In this document: positions 1-13,125 of the stretch, piece by piece
Layout of the letters: every line of letters begins with the position of its first letter
How positions within the stretch are numbered: the first letter of the stretch is position 1
Assembly: GCA_045837725.1 (NCBI GenBank)
Contig: JBEWZL010000030.1
Coordinates: 186,001-250,000 of the forward strand
From: Vermamoeba vermiformis
Lineage: Eukaryota
Direction of reading: 5' to 3'
DNA: 64,000 nucleotides
Position numbers and translations under genes: made by a program
Notes under the pieces: model-generated
Database searches by the model: none
What the model was told of the DNA's origin: nothing
Seen by the model: the letters and a program-made list of their open reading frames with translations, nothing else

Positions 1-652
1 GCAGAACAAATAGAGCGTCATCACCTCGCAGAACACTTGCGCGACAACGTCACAGATCACATGTTGTTGCTCAAGAAGTCCATGGAGAAGCAGCTGATTG
101 ATTTGCGCGAGACCTTTGACACGCAACTCAAGCTGCGCGATGATAAAATTCGACACTTGGAGCGGGCCTTGCGTGCTCAAGGTAAGTCTTAATGACCCTA
201 ACAACCTCGGTGCTAATGCAATGGCAGACACAAAGGTCGTGTGGGAGATAGAAGACTGGCCCAATGCGCGACGCAAGAGCTATCTGCAAAGCAAGAAATT
301 CACAATGGCCGATTTGACATGGTTCTTGGGCTGTTATCCGAATGGCGATGATGAAGAGACGCGAGGATTTGTATCATTTTATCTGTTCCTGGACTTGCAA
401 TCAAGAACCTTACCGATCGGCAAACTTGTCAGCGTAGAATATCAGGTAACCTTCGTGAACCAGCGCAATGTGAAAGAATCTGTCAGAAAAGAGTTCTTCA
501 CAACATTTCCGATCAAAGGAGGACAAGGCTGGGGCGACAGGAAAATATTGAAGCAGAATCTAGTCACTCAGGAATCTGGATTGCTCAACGCGCAAAATTC
601 TCTCCGCATAGAAACTGATTTAACAATTTCTAAAGTGTTCTGGACCTTGTAA
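1..652 (+). CDS. TRAF-like protein (end of TRAF Zn-finger, coiled coil, MATH domain); 5'-partial; intron 182-227
   Basis: Frame 1 reads AEQIERHHLAEHLRDNVTDHML..., spliced to DTKVVWEIEDW...FTMADLTWFLGCYPNG...FVSFYLFLD...GQGWG, a typical MATH domain. Confidence 0.85.
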
Positions 653-947
653 ATTGTATATTGTAAATAAAGTGTTCAGCCGTGACTGGATTTAGCAAAC
701 TTTCATCCGTAGATCCCAATTCATTTATGCAAGAAAATAGATTGTATGTTCTCAATACTGGCACAAGTAGTATCGTCGATCAAAGTAAAAGGCTGTACAG
801 AAATCGCGAAATGAACTGACCGATGGTCAGACCTTTTTTTTTCGGGCCAAATTTTTTCTACAGAACGTGTCCGAAGGATTTTTCAAAACCGACTTTTGGG
901 TCATCTTTATCGTGTCCCTCACGCAAGATCAACCATAAAAAAACAAA

Positions 948-1642
948 ATGAGCGGCTCAGGTAATTACCTATAATTGTTTACTAATTATTTATGCGTTAT
1001 TATTGATTGTGGACGATGGATTGAGGATTAAAAAATGATAACCAATTTGGAGGATTTAATAATAATTATTACCATCGCAGGACGTGGTAATACTTCTGGT
1101 TCTAAGTTCAAGATGACTTTGGGTCTCCCTGTTGGTGCTGTTATGAACTGCGCTGATAACACTGGTGCCAAGAACCTTTACGTCATCTCCGTCAAGGGCT
1201 ACAAGGGTAGATTGAACAAGCTCCCTGCCGCCGCTGTCGGTGATATGGTTATGGCTACCGTTAAGGATGGCAAGCCCGAGTTGCGAAAGAAAGGTAATTA
1301 TTATTATTATTGATTTTTTATTTTTTTAGATCGGTCATTCTAATGAACGTGTTTTTTAGTTTGGCCCGCTATTGTCATTCGTCAACGAAAGGCATGGAGA
1401 AGAAAGGACGGTGTTTACATTTACTTCGAAGGTAATAATTTATTTTCAGATCGTTTTTTTAAAAAACGTGGTGCGATTATTTTTTAAATAATTATCTAAC
1501 AATGCTATTGTAACTAGATAACGCTGGTGTTATTGTTAACCCCAAGGGTGAAATGAAGGGTTCAGCCATCACTGGTCCTGTCGGCAAAGAATCTGCTGAC
1601 TTGTGGCCCAAGATTGCCTCTGCTGCCGGAACCGTTTTGTAA
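948..1642 (+). CDS. RPL23: 60S ribosomal protein L23 (uL14); exons 948-960, 1081-1293, 1360-1431, 1518-1642
   Basis: [20 protein letters not shown]...GRLNKLPAA...KPELRKK...[25 protein letters not shown]; all introns are GT-AG. Confidence 0.98.
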
Positions 1643-1715
1643 AAAAATAATACCTCAATAATAAACGTTCCTTCTCAATAATTGGTTGATCCATTGCAGC
1701 AAATGCCGTACATTT

Positions 1716-2881
1716 TTATTGATCCCAAGTTGAATTGGGCGAGGCTATAATACCACTATTCGCACTAACCAACTCTTTCAAGGCCCACGACTTGTCGCGA
1801 ATTTGATTCTGCAGACTGGCGTATTGCGCGACGAGTCGGTCAAAGCCCAAACCTGCGGCACTGTACGCCTCCAACTGCCTCATGATCTGTCGCAGTTCAT
1901 GCGATGAAGTGTTGATGGCCTTTTCTAAGAGTGCTCTGATCTGCTTGAATCCAGCGACACTATGTGCGGTATAGGTGTTGGTGAGGATCTGCTGTTGAAT
2001 GACACTGTGACATGAAAAGTGTCAACAAAAACACTGGTCGAGAGCGTTAACTACTTACTTTAACTTCTTTAGAACTGTTTGAGCTCTGTATTGCAACCAC
2101 TTGATTGTAATTTGTTCTTTTTGCACTTGTTGCTCGAGTTTGAACTGTTCGAGCATCTGATCCACAATTTGTGAAGTACGCTTTAGCACTTTAATATATT
2201 CGATCGTCATACGATTGACTGTCGAATAGATGTTTTCTATTTGAGCATAATCCTGCTTCAGGTCGTGGCTTGTTTTGTCCACTTGATTGATGAGTTCTTT
2301 GAGCTGATCCGCGCCACGAACATTGCTGTTATTGGCATGCTGCGTAATCTCTTCGATCATTTGCTTCAACTGCGACTCAACCGCGTTTACGAGATAATCT
2401 GCACTGTCTCCGTCCTGATAAGGGAGGTGAGGCAATCATTCATTGAGTAAATACACGTACTAAGTTGGTGTGTGCAGCGAACAGATCTGCACTCGTGTCT
2501 GCGAGCAAACCTAGTCTTGAATACTGCTCCGCTTCTACAGCGTGAAAGCCGAAAGTAATTGTCTTTTGTTTCTCTGGTACTGAGCCATTTAATTCGCTGT
2601 TCAATCGCCAATCTAAAAGCAGATCTTCCGTGCACTGCAGCAACAGTTCACGCTCAAAATAATTTTTTTTGTTTCTTTCCAGATGAAGGGTCGACTAAAA
2701 TGCATATTGTTAATACAAACACGACAGTAAATAAGGAGCATACATTAAGTAACTCTTTTTTGATATCTTTGGAAGTTCCATCGCTATCAATAAGCGTGCT
2801 GATCTCGTTTAGCAAGTTGGTGAAGTTCGGATTATCTTTGATAAGTTTATCAGATACACTAATGGGGAACTTGGCTTGCAT
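1716..2881 (-). CDS. HAUS4: Augmin/HAUS complex subunit 4-like (multi-exon)
   Basis: The C-terminus QILTNTYT...FKQIRALLEKA...LEAYSAAGLGFDRLVAQYASLQNQIRDKSWALKEL matches the HAUS4 C-terminal signature (F..LV..Y..L.....K.WAL.E). Confidence 0.8.
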
Positions 2882-3072
2882 TGTGGTGTTTGTGGTGTTC
2901 TTTTGATTTTAAAAATTTTTGCCTACAAAAAGGGCGCGAAGGTGTTTCGCTAAAATTTATGAAATTTAGCTTCGAACAAAATCTTCAAGGCAATTTCGAT
3001 AGGAGATTGTGATTATAGCTTTTTGTTCTTATTACAAGTACCACAGAGTACATTTAATCAATTACAAGCGAA

Positions 3073-4475
<1,403 letters not shown>

Positions 4476-4621
4476 TGCTGGCACGTGGCATGCATTTGCA
4501 GTGTACTCGACCGAACACGTGTAGAGCAGAGTCGAGCACTGTAACATTAACTAATACACTGTGTTTATATCGACGCTGTTTATTGTGCCTACTATTGTCG
4601 TTACTACATTACTATGTACAA

Positions 4622-5596
4622 TTACCGCACACGAGCACCGTTAGAGTTCATATTGGCGCGCAACAAGTACGCCACGTACAGCACGAGTGGCACCACCGCT
4701 TGCAACACGCGCCACTGCACGCTGTGCGGGAGTGCTGCGCCAATGCCACTCAGCAGCGCTTGACAGTACTGCAGCACCGCGAACTGACCCGTCAACAGGC
4801 GGAATAGCGTGCTCTGCGTCCAGGCACGTGTCGCGTGTTGCGCATCAGTGACGTCATCGACCAGGGCCAGTGGCACGGTGATGAAGGTGAGCAGTGCAAA
4901 CAGCGCGGCGAGGAGCCAGGCCACGGTGTTGGTGCTCTTGACTGGCGTGCTGAACAGCGTGGCAATCACGTGCCAGAGCGAGTGCTCGCGTGCCACTGGT
5001 GCGTGGTGCTCAATGACCGCGAGATACATGACGTGCATGAGATAGAGCGCGAGGTGTGCTGCGTCAGTGATCACGCCGTTGTCGAGCAGCACGGTGAGCA
5101 CTGTGACACCTGTCACACATGTCAACAGCACGCCCAGACACGTGGCCTCGCTGACGGTGAGGGACTGATTGAACAGCGACACTGCGAGGGCAATCACCAG
5201 CACGTAGCACAGCACCGAGGCTATTAATAGCACCAGGGCCAGGGACTGACGCGCGTGCTCGCGTATCTGTTGTGCCCAGTGCGCGGAGAGTTGCGTGACA
5301 GCAGCGAGCAGCACCACCGCCTGACCGAGCCACAGCACGGGTGTGAGGGCGTGGATCAGATCTGCCACCAAGTAGCACAACCAGTGCGGTGCGAGCAACA
5401 GGGCCGCGAGTGAGGTGAGCAGTGCAGTGAGGGGTGCAGTGAGTGCGTAGTGCAGTGCAAACAGGACGAGGGCGGGAGTGGCACCGAGACACCACGCAGT
5501 GAGCGGTGCTGGGCCCAAGAATAGCGCTGTCAGTGCGCCGAGTACGGACCAGAGGATCCACAGCACTGGGGTGAGTAGGGTTGTTGGGAAACACAT
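4622..5596 (-). CDS. ICE2-like (SERINC superfamily) multi-pass ER membrane protein, single coding exon
   Basis: Very hydrophobic ORF. SEATCLGVLLTC...DNGVITDAAHLALYL and the C-terminal QWRVLQAVVPLVLY resemble fungal Ice2 blocks recalled from memory. First ATG is at 5596. Confidence 0.6.
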   Translation of the reverse strand: MCFPTTLLTPVLWILWSVLGALTALFLGPAPLTAWCLGATPALVLFALHYALTAPLTALLTSLAALLLAPHWLCYLVADLIHALTPVLWLGQAVVLLAAVTQLSAHWAQQIREHARQSLALVLLIASVLCYVLVIALAVSLFNQSLTVSEATCLGVLLTCVTGVTVLTVLLDNGVITDAAHLALYLMHVMYLAVIEHHAPVAREHSLWHVIATLFSTPVKSTNTVAWLLAALFALLTFITVPLALVDDVTDAQHATRAWTQSTLFRLLTGQFAVLQYCQALLSGIGAALPHSVQWRVLQAVVPLVLYVAYLLRANMNSNGARVR

Positions 5597-5880
5597 CGCT
5601 GATGAGCTAGTAGGCACATTAATAATTATGTCATCGCAATGTATGGCGAAATTATATTGTAACTGAGAATGCGCATCCGCTCACCCTAAATCACGATCTG
5701 CTGAACATGTAGAATCAGAGCGAGGGTAACAGTACAATCAATGAGGTACGTACTGAATGTACTTATTGTTGTCGTGTTGTGCACTGTTCGAGAAATTGAA
5801 TAAAAATTGCGGATCGGATCTTGTCATTTTCATTCGCAGCGGAGTGCACAACACAACACTACTAGTTACAATTCATAGCA

Positions 5881-7075
5881 ATGTTTCGCAGCAATATTTG
5901 TGCGTTAATTGCGCGTACTGCTGCTCGTCCTGCACTGCGCACAACAAGCAGATCTCTCTTCAGCGCGAGTCAAACTCACAACAACAATGCTGCAATCAAT
6001 AGCAACAAGCACTTCAGTCATATGTTATATAAATCAGACACTAACAAGACACGTCTATTCAACGCCTCCATGTCACATCTGCCTCCACACAAAAAATTGC
6101 ATTATTTAGCCGCTACTAATGTTGCCACGACTGCCGCGACGCCAGTTGATGCTACCAACACTGCTGTTAATACTGCTGCATCGCTCAGCACTCCGCTCAC
6201 CGACACGACATTGCAAGCTGCAGATCAGATCGCCACTACAGTGACGCAACTAACGCCGTACACAATGGAGTACTTCAAGGCGTGCACCTTCTTCCACGTA
6301 TGTACTTGACTATACGAGTAGCGCAGGTCTATGGTGCTGACGAACTGCACAGAAACTCGAGATCCCCTTTGAGTTCATGGTGGATGCGAGTCACCAGTAC
6401 ATGGGCATGCCACTCTGGACCTCCATCGCCCTCACAGCCGTCACGGTACGACTGCTCACACTGCCACTCACGCTCGAGCAACAGCGTCTCATGCCCAAGA
6501 TGCTGCAGCTCACTGAACGCGTCAAGAAGGCGCAAGAAGAGGGCGCGACACCGCAAGCGATCATGGAGCTGCGCCAGCGCGAGGTGATGAAGCTCGGTGG
6601 TCCTAGTGTCATATTCAAGGGCACCCTCTTGCCTCTGCTGCAACTGCCCGTGTTCGTGCTGCTGTTCGGTGCGATGATGTACATGAGCGGTCACTGGGGC
6701 GCGGAGTGGTTGCGCGCTGACATGGTGACGGGGGGCACCTCGTGGTTCACGGACCTCACGCAACAGGACCCCTTCTATCGCCTGCCCGCACTCAACGCAG
6801 CACTCATGGGGGCCTACGTCTGGTTCTTGCCGGACAAGCAGAGCACCACGATGAAGACCATCTTCCTCGCCCTCACTGTGGTCTCCATGGTGTTTGCATC
6901 CACCCTGCCCATGGCACTGCACGTCTACTTTGCAGCCATCTCTGTCACTGGTCTGGGCATCAATTTGGCACTGCGCAACGAACGCATGCGCAAGATGTTG
7001 AATATTCCTCCACGCCCTGGTGCTGCAGCGACTGCACAGGCACCCAAGTTGTACGATCAAAAGCCTCAGAAATAA
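5881..7075 (+). CDS. Mitochondrial inner-membrane insertase OXA1/COX18 (YidC family); intron 6298-6352
   Basis: Arg/Ser-rich presequence; HQYMGMPLWTSIALTAVTVRLLTLPL, LLQLPVF, GGTSWFTDLTQQDPFYRLP. Confidence 0.9.
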
Positions 7076-8959
7076 ATACTGTTTGAGATTCAATACCGTG
7101 ACGGGGCAGGCCTACTACCGAAGATGCGCCACGGGGGAGTACCCCTCCCAGAGCAGATTGCATCGATTTCCAGATCTCCGCGATAGAAGACAAAGATCAC
7201 ATAAATTCTGCCATACTACATCGTAATCTATGTAGGGCGTCCTATCTTACAAGGCATAAGTGCCATTATGATGAGATTGAATGGTCCGATCTACGAGATT
7301 CGTTCCAAAGCAATTTCTTTTAAAATCACCTTCCAAACATATTGCCCTTAGTGTCGCCAGCATATCCCAACTAGAGATAGGTGATTTGGTGCTAGTCCGG
7401 CAAACCGGCAAAAGGTCGGCTTTGGAATCGGACGTCGGTTTTTCAGTCTGGCCCGATTTACATACACGGGTCCCACCGTGACATTGACCAAATTAGAGGA
7501 CATTATTTTCAACCGATGTGGGATTCAAATCCTGCTCCTAAATCCACACACCTTCACCCTAGTAATTATACCTCAATTTTGAAACCGTTACAGTTGGTTA
7601 CAGGCATGGCTCTGAACCCAGAGCTAGCCTTTTTGAGGAGAGAGGTCATCCAGCTGAAAATCAGTGGCTTGATTCAGTATGCCGTGTCAAAGCATTCCTT
7701 TTCATTTCCAGGGACAGAAAGCTTTTTGTTGCTTGCAATACCATGCTACGAAGTATCGGAAAAGGAGATGACTTACGATCTGTTTGATGATACCAGTTGA
7801 CTGTCATGCAATTCGTAGCTCTACATTTGGATTTCTTGTTTGAATCTGGATCTAGCAGAGTGCCTGGATAAGGACCCCTTGATAACATAATGTTGCCGTC
7901 CTTGTTCTACCTGCTCTTTTCCCCTACAATCCATTTAAAATACCTAGAACTATCAGTACATCCAAAGATATCGAAATGACGTGCGAATTTTCAGTATGAA
8001 CCCCTTGGTTGGGTACAGCACAACTGCATGTATTTTATGCAACCCTGAACTTTGGCTACGATACATTGTCACCTAACTTAAAATATGTTTGCATCATCCA
8101 TACTTTTTTATGTTGTAACTTTGTCCAGAGGCAAACCTTTTTAACATAAAGGGATATGCTTGATCGCATACATGGATATAGAATCGTTAAAATCTTCATA
8201 CTTTATGATGTTGTTGGCAGGCATGCGTCCGTGGCAAACATCATTTTTGCTGGATGGGATGTCTCCCACAATTTGTGGTGGACACCCAAAATTGGACATC
8301 ACGTGATGGTGCATGTCTGCTTCGAATAAGATGGTTGTTTATGAATTGAACAATGGATTGCCACCAAGGACAAAATTATAAAAAAATTGCAGGAAAACAG
8401 GTTCGGCTTAAATCTTCATAGAACTACTGGAGGCTCCTCCTGGGCAAGATGACCTCACTGGAGGACGTCCTGCCCAAATTAGCAGGGTGTCCGGTACCGG
8501 ACGGGGCGTCCGCTGTGATTGGTAATTGACAAAACAGACCGGGTTTTTTTGCTAAATATAGTTTATATATGATTTACTTATGGTTGTAAGTGAGTTGATT
8601 TAAAATATTGCATAGGAAGTATAAAAAGTACAACAAGTAGTAAAAGTTCTATGAAGAACAACAGAGCATTCCTGATCACTCATTTCAGTGGCTATTACCG
8701 CATTGGGAAGTTGTGTTGGTCCACTGGTCTCAGATTCGACTTCTGGAGTGAGTCTTCTCTTTTTTCTTGGTGGCTGTTGCCAAGTATCAGCATAGCAAAA
8801 ATCCGTGCTGAAGTTCTTCACGTGGATTTGCCACCCCCAAACTGCCATCCAGCCATTTGTCGTGCTGTACCCCATCAACTTTCAATTTGCACTTTGTTAT
8901 GAGAAACTTCTCATGGAAGATGGCCAGTCCGGCTCGGCTCGGCTATCCGGAACGTTCTG

Positions 8960-9035
8960 GCTATCCGGAGGCAGGTGGTGGAAACTTGGGTTGGCAACCA
9001 CGCAGATGTCCCAGGTTCAAATCCCAGCGGCATAC
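8960..9035 (+). pseudogene. Degenerate tRNA-like unit 1
   Basis: B-box GGTTCAAATCCC at 9014-9025 after GATGTC (variable-loop-like); weak TATCCG/CGGCATA acceptor pairing; T-run at 9040-9044. Confidence 0.45.
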
Positions 9036-9061
9036 CTGATTTTTATTTATTTGTATGGCTT

Positions 9062-9131
9062 GGTACCTGCTCAAGGTGGACTGAAACTGTCAACTGCACT
9101 GAGGTCATGGGTTCAAATCCCGTGGGTAGCG
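9062..9131 (+). pseudogene. Degenerate tRNA-like unit 2
   Basis: Acceptor stem GGTACCT/GGGTAGC (6/7 pairs), D-like GCTCAAGGTGG, variable GAGGTC, intact T-arm ATGGG-TTCAAAT-CCCGT; anticodon arm is damaged. Confidence 0.55.
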
Positions 9132-10190
9132 TTAATTATTATCCACATAGTTGATTGATCTTTGTTGCTTTTTCAGCTAGTAGGTTCATAATTGAAGGAA
9201 CAATGGTTACTTAGTGCACTATGGTTATCCAACACAAAAAGAAGTTCTTTGCACACCCTCCATATACTTATCCGGAAGTTTTTACTTGTCCGGGACATGC
9301 AACTTGTCCGGGCTGGATAACTTAGCCGGGCTGGACATCTCACCCTGGCTGGCTATGTCATCCATGCTGGATTGGCCATCCTCCATTCACAAGATATTAA
9401 ACTCTGACATATCCATTATGTTCAAACGATTCCGTATGTCATGCCAAGCCGTAGTTATCAAAATCTTTGTTACTTGAGCCATTTGGAGCTTGATTTCAAA
9501 AACTGAGGAACTTTCCTCAGCTCAATCCCTAGAGCTTGGCCAGCAAGGAAACCATCAAACTCATCCAAAATATAGGTATCCATGACAATTAGGTGCTATT
9601 AGACTTTTATTCCGAGAACCTAGATGCACTGACTGTTAAAAGTGTTGCATAGCCAGATTCATTGCATAAATTCCATTTAGTTGTTCTGCAGCAAACATGT
9701 GCTGAGGGAGGGGTGCATACATAATGCTCCTGCTTACAAATTGCTGAAAATTGGTTGCAAACGAAGAAAGAGCTGAAGCAGAACATTGCCCATCTCAGCC
9801 TCCAGCTGCACTTAGCCCAAAGCCACGATGCCAACAGTAGTACTTCTTGGGTGGGCTGGTGCAACGGCAATTGGTGGGTGTAAGTGGTCAATACATCAGC
9901 AGATGCATCATTAAAGGACAGACAAAAAAAGTTGGAGGCCTGCATTTTTTAAAGATCTTGCTTGGTGGATCAGTGAAACGGATGTGGGCCTAGGAGACTG
10001 AGTGCACAATTGTTTATAAGAAGAGAAGGAGAATGTCACTTTGGGCCAGCCAGTGGTGAGCAGACACACCCGCCCAGACACCGTCCAAACTAGAGAGGTC
10101 CTCTACAGATGGGCCCATGTCATTGGGATTTGCAGACTAAATACTGCCTGGCATAAGCAGTTCAAGCTTAGTTGGGAGTGTAAAAGCATT

Positions 10191-13125
10191 TTACTTGGTT
10201 GATTTACTAAACACGAACTTGACTAGTTGTGCTGTGTTGGAGTCTATAAGACTAGTCTCCAGAGTTGAATAATGACTCCACGCAGCAACCTCAGAAAGCC
10301 GAGACTCGATTTGGCTGGTAGCTGTGTTCCCTTGACATGTGCAGCCTGAGATATCGTGTGTCTCACATGCAGTGTCCAGCAAATCAAACAACTTCTTTAG
10401 ATCGTCTGTTCTTGTTAGCGTTGCTGCAACAACGAGAATTGGCATTACCTTGCGAGAATGAGTCACTCACTGCATCATCATCAATCACATTGCGGGACAT
10501 GGTCTGTTTCATCAACTGGCGCTGAAATATCTTCTCTTCAATTGTGCCTGCACTGCCACAACCATTAGTGTTAATCGTAAGACTGACTCATAAGACTGAT
10601 GACAAGTGGCTGCACTTACAGTAAGAAGCGATAGATGTGTGTTTCACGTTTTTGTCCTTCACGCCAAATTCGAGCGGTCGTTTGCAGATCGTAAGCAGGG
10701 TTCCTGCAAATATATATTAGCAACATTTGCAGCGTGTTTTAATGGCTCACCAGTCACAGTCAAACAGCACGAGATGATTGGCAGCAAACAAATTGATGCC
10801 TTGTCCACCGGCCTTGGTGCTCAACAAGAATGCCACTGCAAACACAATCAGTGCCACGCACCTCACTAGCTGTCATCACGAGTGACTTACTGATGGACTG
10901 CTCGCTCTGAAATTGATCCACCAGTGTCTGACGCACAGTGATGTCCGTGCTGCCATCCAATCGTCTGAATGTGACGTGCAGGGCGCGACACAGTGATTCG
11001 AGCAAGTCCAGCGTCTGACACGTGTCAGTGCACAGTACACATCAGCGCGCACGTACCTTGGTGTAGTTCGATGCGATCACAATCTTCTCCTTGCGTGCAC
11101 GCAGTGTGTTCAGCAGCGCAGCGAGCACGACAAACTTGTTGGAGTGCGGCACGAGGTCGTCAAGCACCACCTTAGCGGTCGTGTCGTCAAGGGGCTCGCC
11201 TGTCTTGCTCTTGCAGCGCTTCATGGCCGTCAAATACTGCTCAAACTGCGTGGTAGCGAGGTGAAAGGAGTGATCAATCTCCTCGTCTTCGTCCTCGTCC
11301 TCGTCCTCTTCGTCGCGTCTGCTCGATTGATTGACACGTGTCACAGGAGTGCTGATCTGCTGGTGCAACAACATGGGGTGATTGCACAGCTTCTTCAGCG
11401 TGGTGATGGCTGCGAGTGCTGAGCCCAGGCCCTGCAGCGAGTCCAACAGTTCACTCACCGATGCAGAGTGCACGTATTGATCGTACAACTCGCGCTGCAG
11501 TGCGCTGGGCTGAATGAACAAGACACGCTCCGTCTTGTTGGGCAAGTACTCCTTCAACACATCGAGACCGCGGCGCAGAATGAACGGCGAAGTGATCTGA
11601 AACAGCCGCTTGGCGAGCTCTTGTTTGCGCGCAGTAGACACTTTGGGCGAGTGCAGCGGTGTCTCGTAGGTGCTCTTGAAGTGCTGCGCGGTGCCGAGCG
11701 AGTCAGGATTGACAAAGTCCATCACCGTGTAGAACTCGGTCATGTTGTTCTGATAGGGTGTGCCCGACAAGATGACGCGACGCTTGCAGTTGAGTTGCAG
11801 CAGTGCCTGTGTGGTCTTGGCCGCTGTGTTCTTGATGCGATGGCCCTCGTCGCAGATCAACAGCCCCAGCGGCAGTGCAGCCAAGAGTGCAATGTGTTGT
11901 CGCACCTGTTCGTAGCTGATTACCAGCACGTGATGCACCAGTCCGTGCACAAAGTCGTTCAACTTCTGCACGGTCTCGCTCTTCTTCTTCTCGCTGATCC
12001 ACAGCGCATTCAGTCGCTCCATGCTCAGCCAGAACTTGATCTCTTTCACCCAGTTCTTCACCAGCGTGCTCGGTGTCACAATCATCGTCTTCTTCGCTAC
12101 TTTCTGCGGGTGACCGCTCTGCTTCATGAGCGCGTACACCAGACTGATGGTTTGCAGTGTCTTGCCCAGCCCCATTGCATCCGCCAGCACGCAGCCAGTG
12201 CTGGTCAGTGTGTCGTCTTCACCGCCGCGAATCTTGCCCATGACGCAGTCGTACATGAACTTGACGCCCTCGCGCTGATGCGCACGCAGCTTTCTGCGAC
12301 ACACAATTAGCATACACAACACACACGCGAGGTACGTACTTGGCCAAGTAAGGGTCCAACACTACAAGGGGCTCGTCATTCAACACCAAGTCGTGTTCAC
12401 TCGCAGCGACGACTTTGTGCTTGCTGTGCGTGGGGGCAGTGCGGTGCAGCGGAGTGCTGTGGGCAATGAATGCGTGGGACGAGACACTGCCGCTACTCGT
12501 AGGGGCACTGCTCTCGCTCTTCGTGCTCTGCGCGGCACTCTTAGTCTCGCGCACTGACTGTTCAAAGTTCGCTGCAGACACTTCACCTGAGATCTGCGCG
12601 CTGAGTTTGGGTGTTTCGTGCAGGTGACACTTACTTGCGCTACGCGACCAGCGATGTTAACTTCAGTGCCCTCTGTCCATTGAGCAATCGCCTTGCTCAT
12701 GTACGTCGATGTTTTGCCTAACAGCTCGCCAGCAGTGTCATATAGGTAGCAGATCTGACCGCGGACTATAAGAGTGCCCTCTGAAGAAAGTAAGCGCTGG
12801 ACGGCATATTAAGTATGCACTTACCGTCGTCAAATGTCTTATTTTTCTTTTTGGTAAACTTGTAAAACATTACGGAGAAGAATTTTTCTTCAGATCTGCT
12901 CTTTTCTTGATCTGCGCCAGTAGTTTCTTGTAATTTTGGTTTTTTGGCTTCGGGTACATTAGCGTCATGATCATCGATTTGGGAGTGAAGACGCTCTTTC
13001 AAAATTTGTTAATACAGTATTACGAATGACAGACAAGCTTGTAGCGCACTTTCGGCCTTCACAAGCGGAGGACTAGTACTGGTGGGGTTTTTAGCTAATG
13101 ACGATGGTGCTTTGCTGCGCCTCAT
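10191..13125 (-). CDS. RAD54B: DNA repair/recombination SNF2 ATPase RAD54B (multi-exon)
   Basis: N-terminus [89 protein letters not shown]. Confidence 0.92.

Larger units (their letters stand above)
8913..9386. mobile_element. MITE-like non-autonomous element with ~21-bp imperfect TIRs, 18-bp-period subterminal repeats and two internal tRNA-like units
   Basis: ATGGAAGATGGCCAGTCCGGC (8913-8933) matches the reverse complement of 9366-9386 at 18/21. GGCTATCCGG at 8941 and 8959; ACTTRKCCGG at 9266, 9284, 9302, 9320. Confidence 0.65.
7090..10150. mobile_element. Degenerate, probably nested transposon-derived island between convergent OXA1 and RAD54B
   Basis: A 3.1-kb gap where other convergent gaps are about 60-370 bp; stop-interrupted ORF fragments, inverted repeats, CpG depletion; no host gene recognised. 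Confidence 0.6.

Noticed and set aside
8960-9131. Functional tRNA genes
   Set aside because: Anticodon and D arms are damaged and no anticodon can be assigned, so they are kept only as tRNA-like units.
9266-9337. Regularly spaced short repeats resembling a mini-CRISPR array
   Set aside because: 10-bp repeats with 8-bp spacers are far too short, there are no cas genes, and the context is eukaryotic; subterminal repeats of a TIR element fit better.
7090-10150. Fanzor/TnpB, Helitron or retrotransposon identity for the island
   Set aside because: No RuvC, HUH/helicase, RT or DDE motif was recognisable in the fragments I translated, so it is left unclassified.
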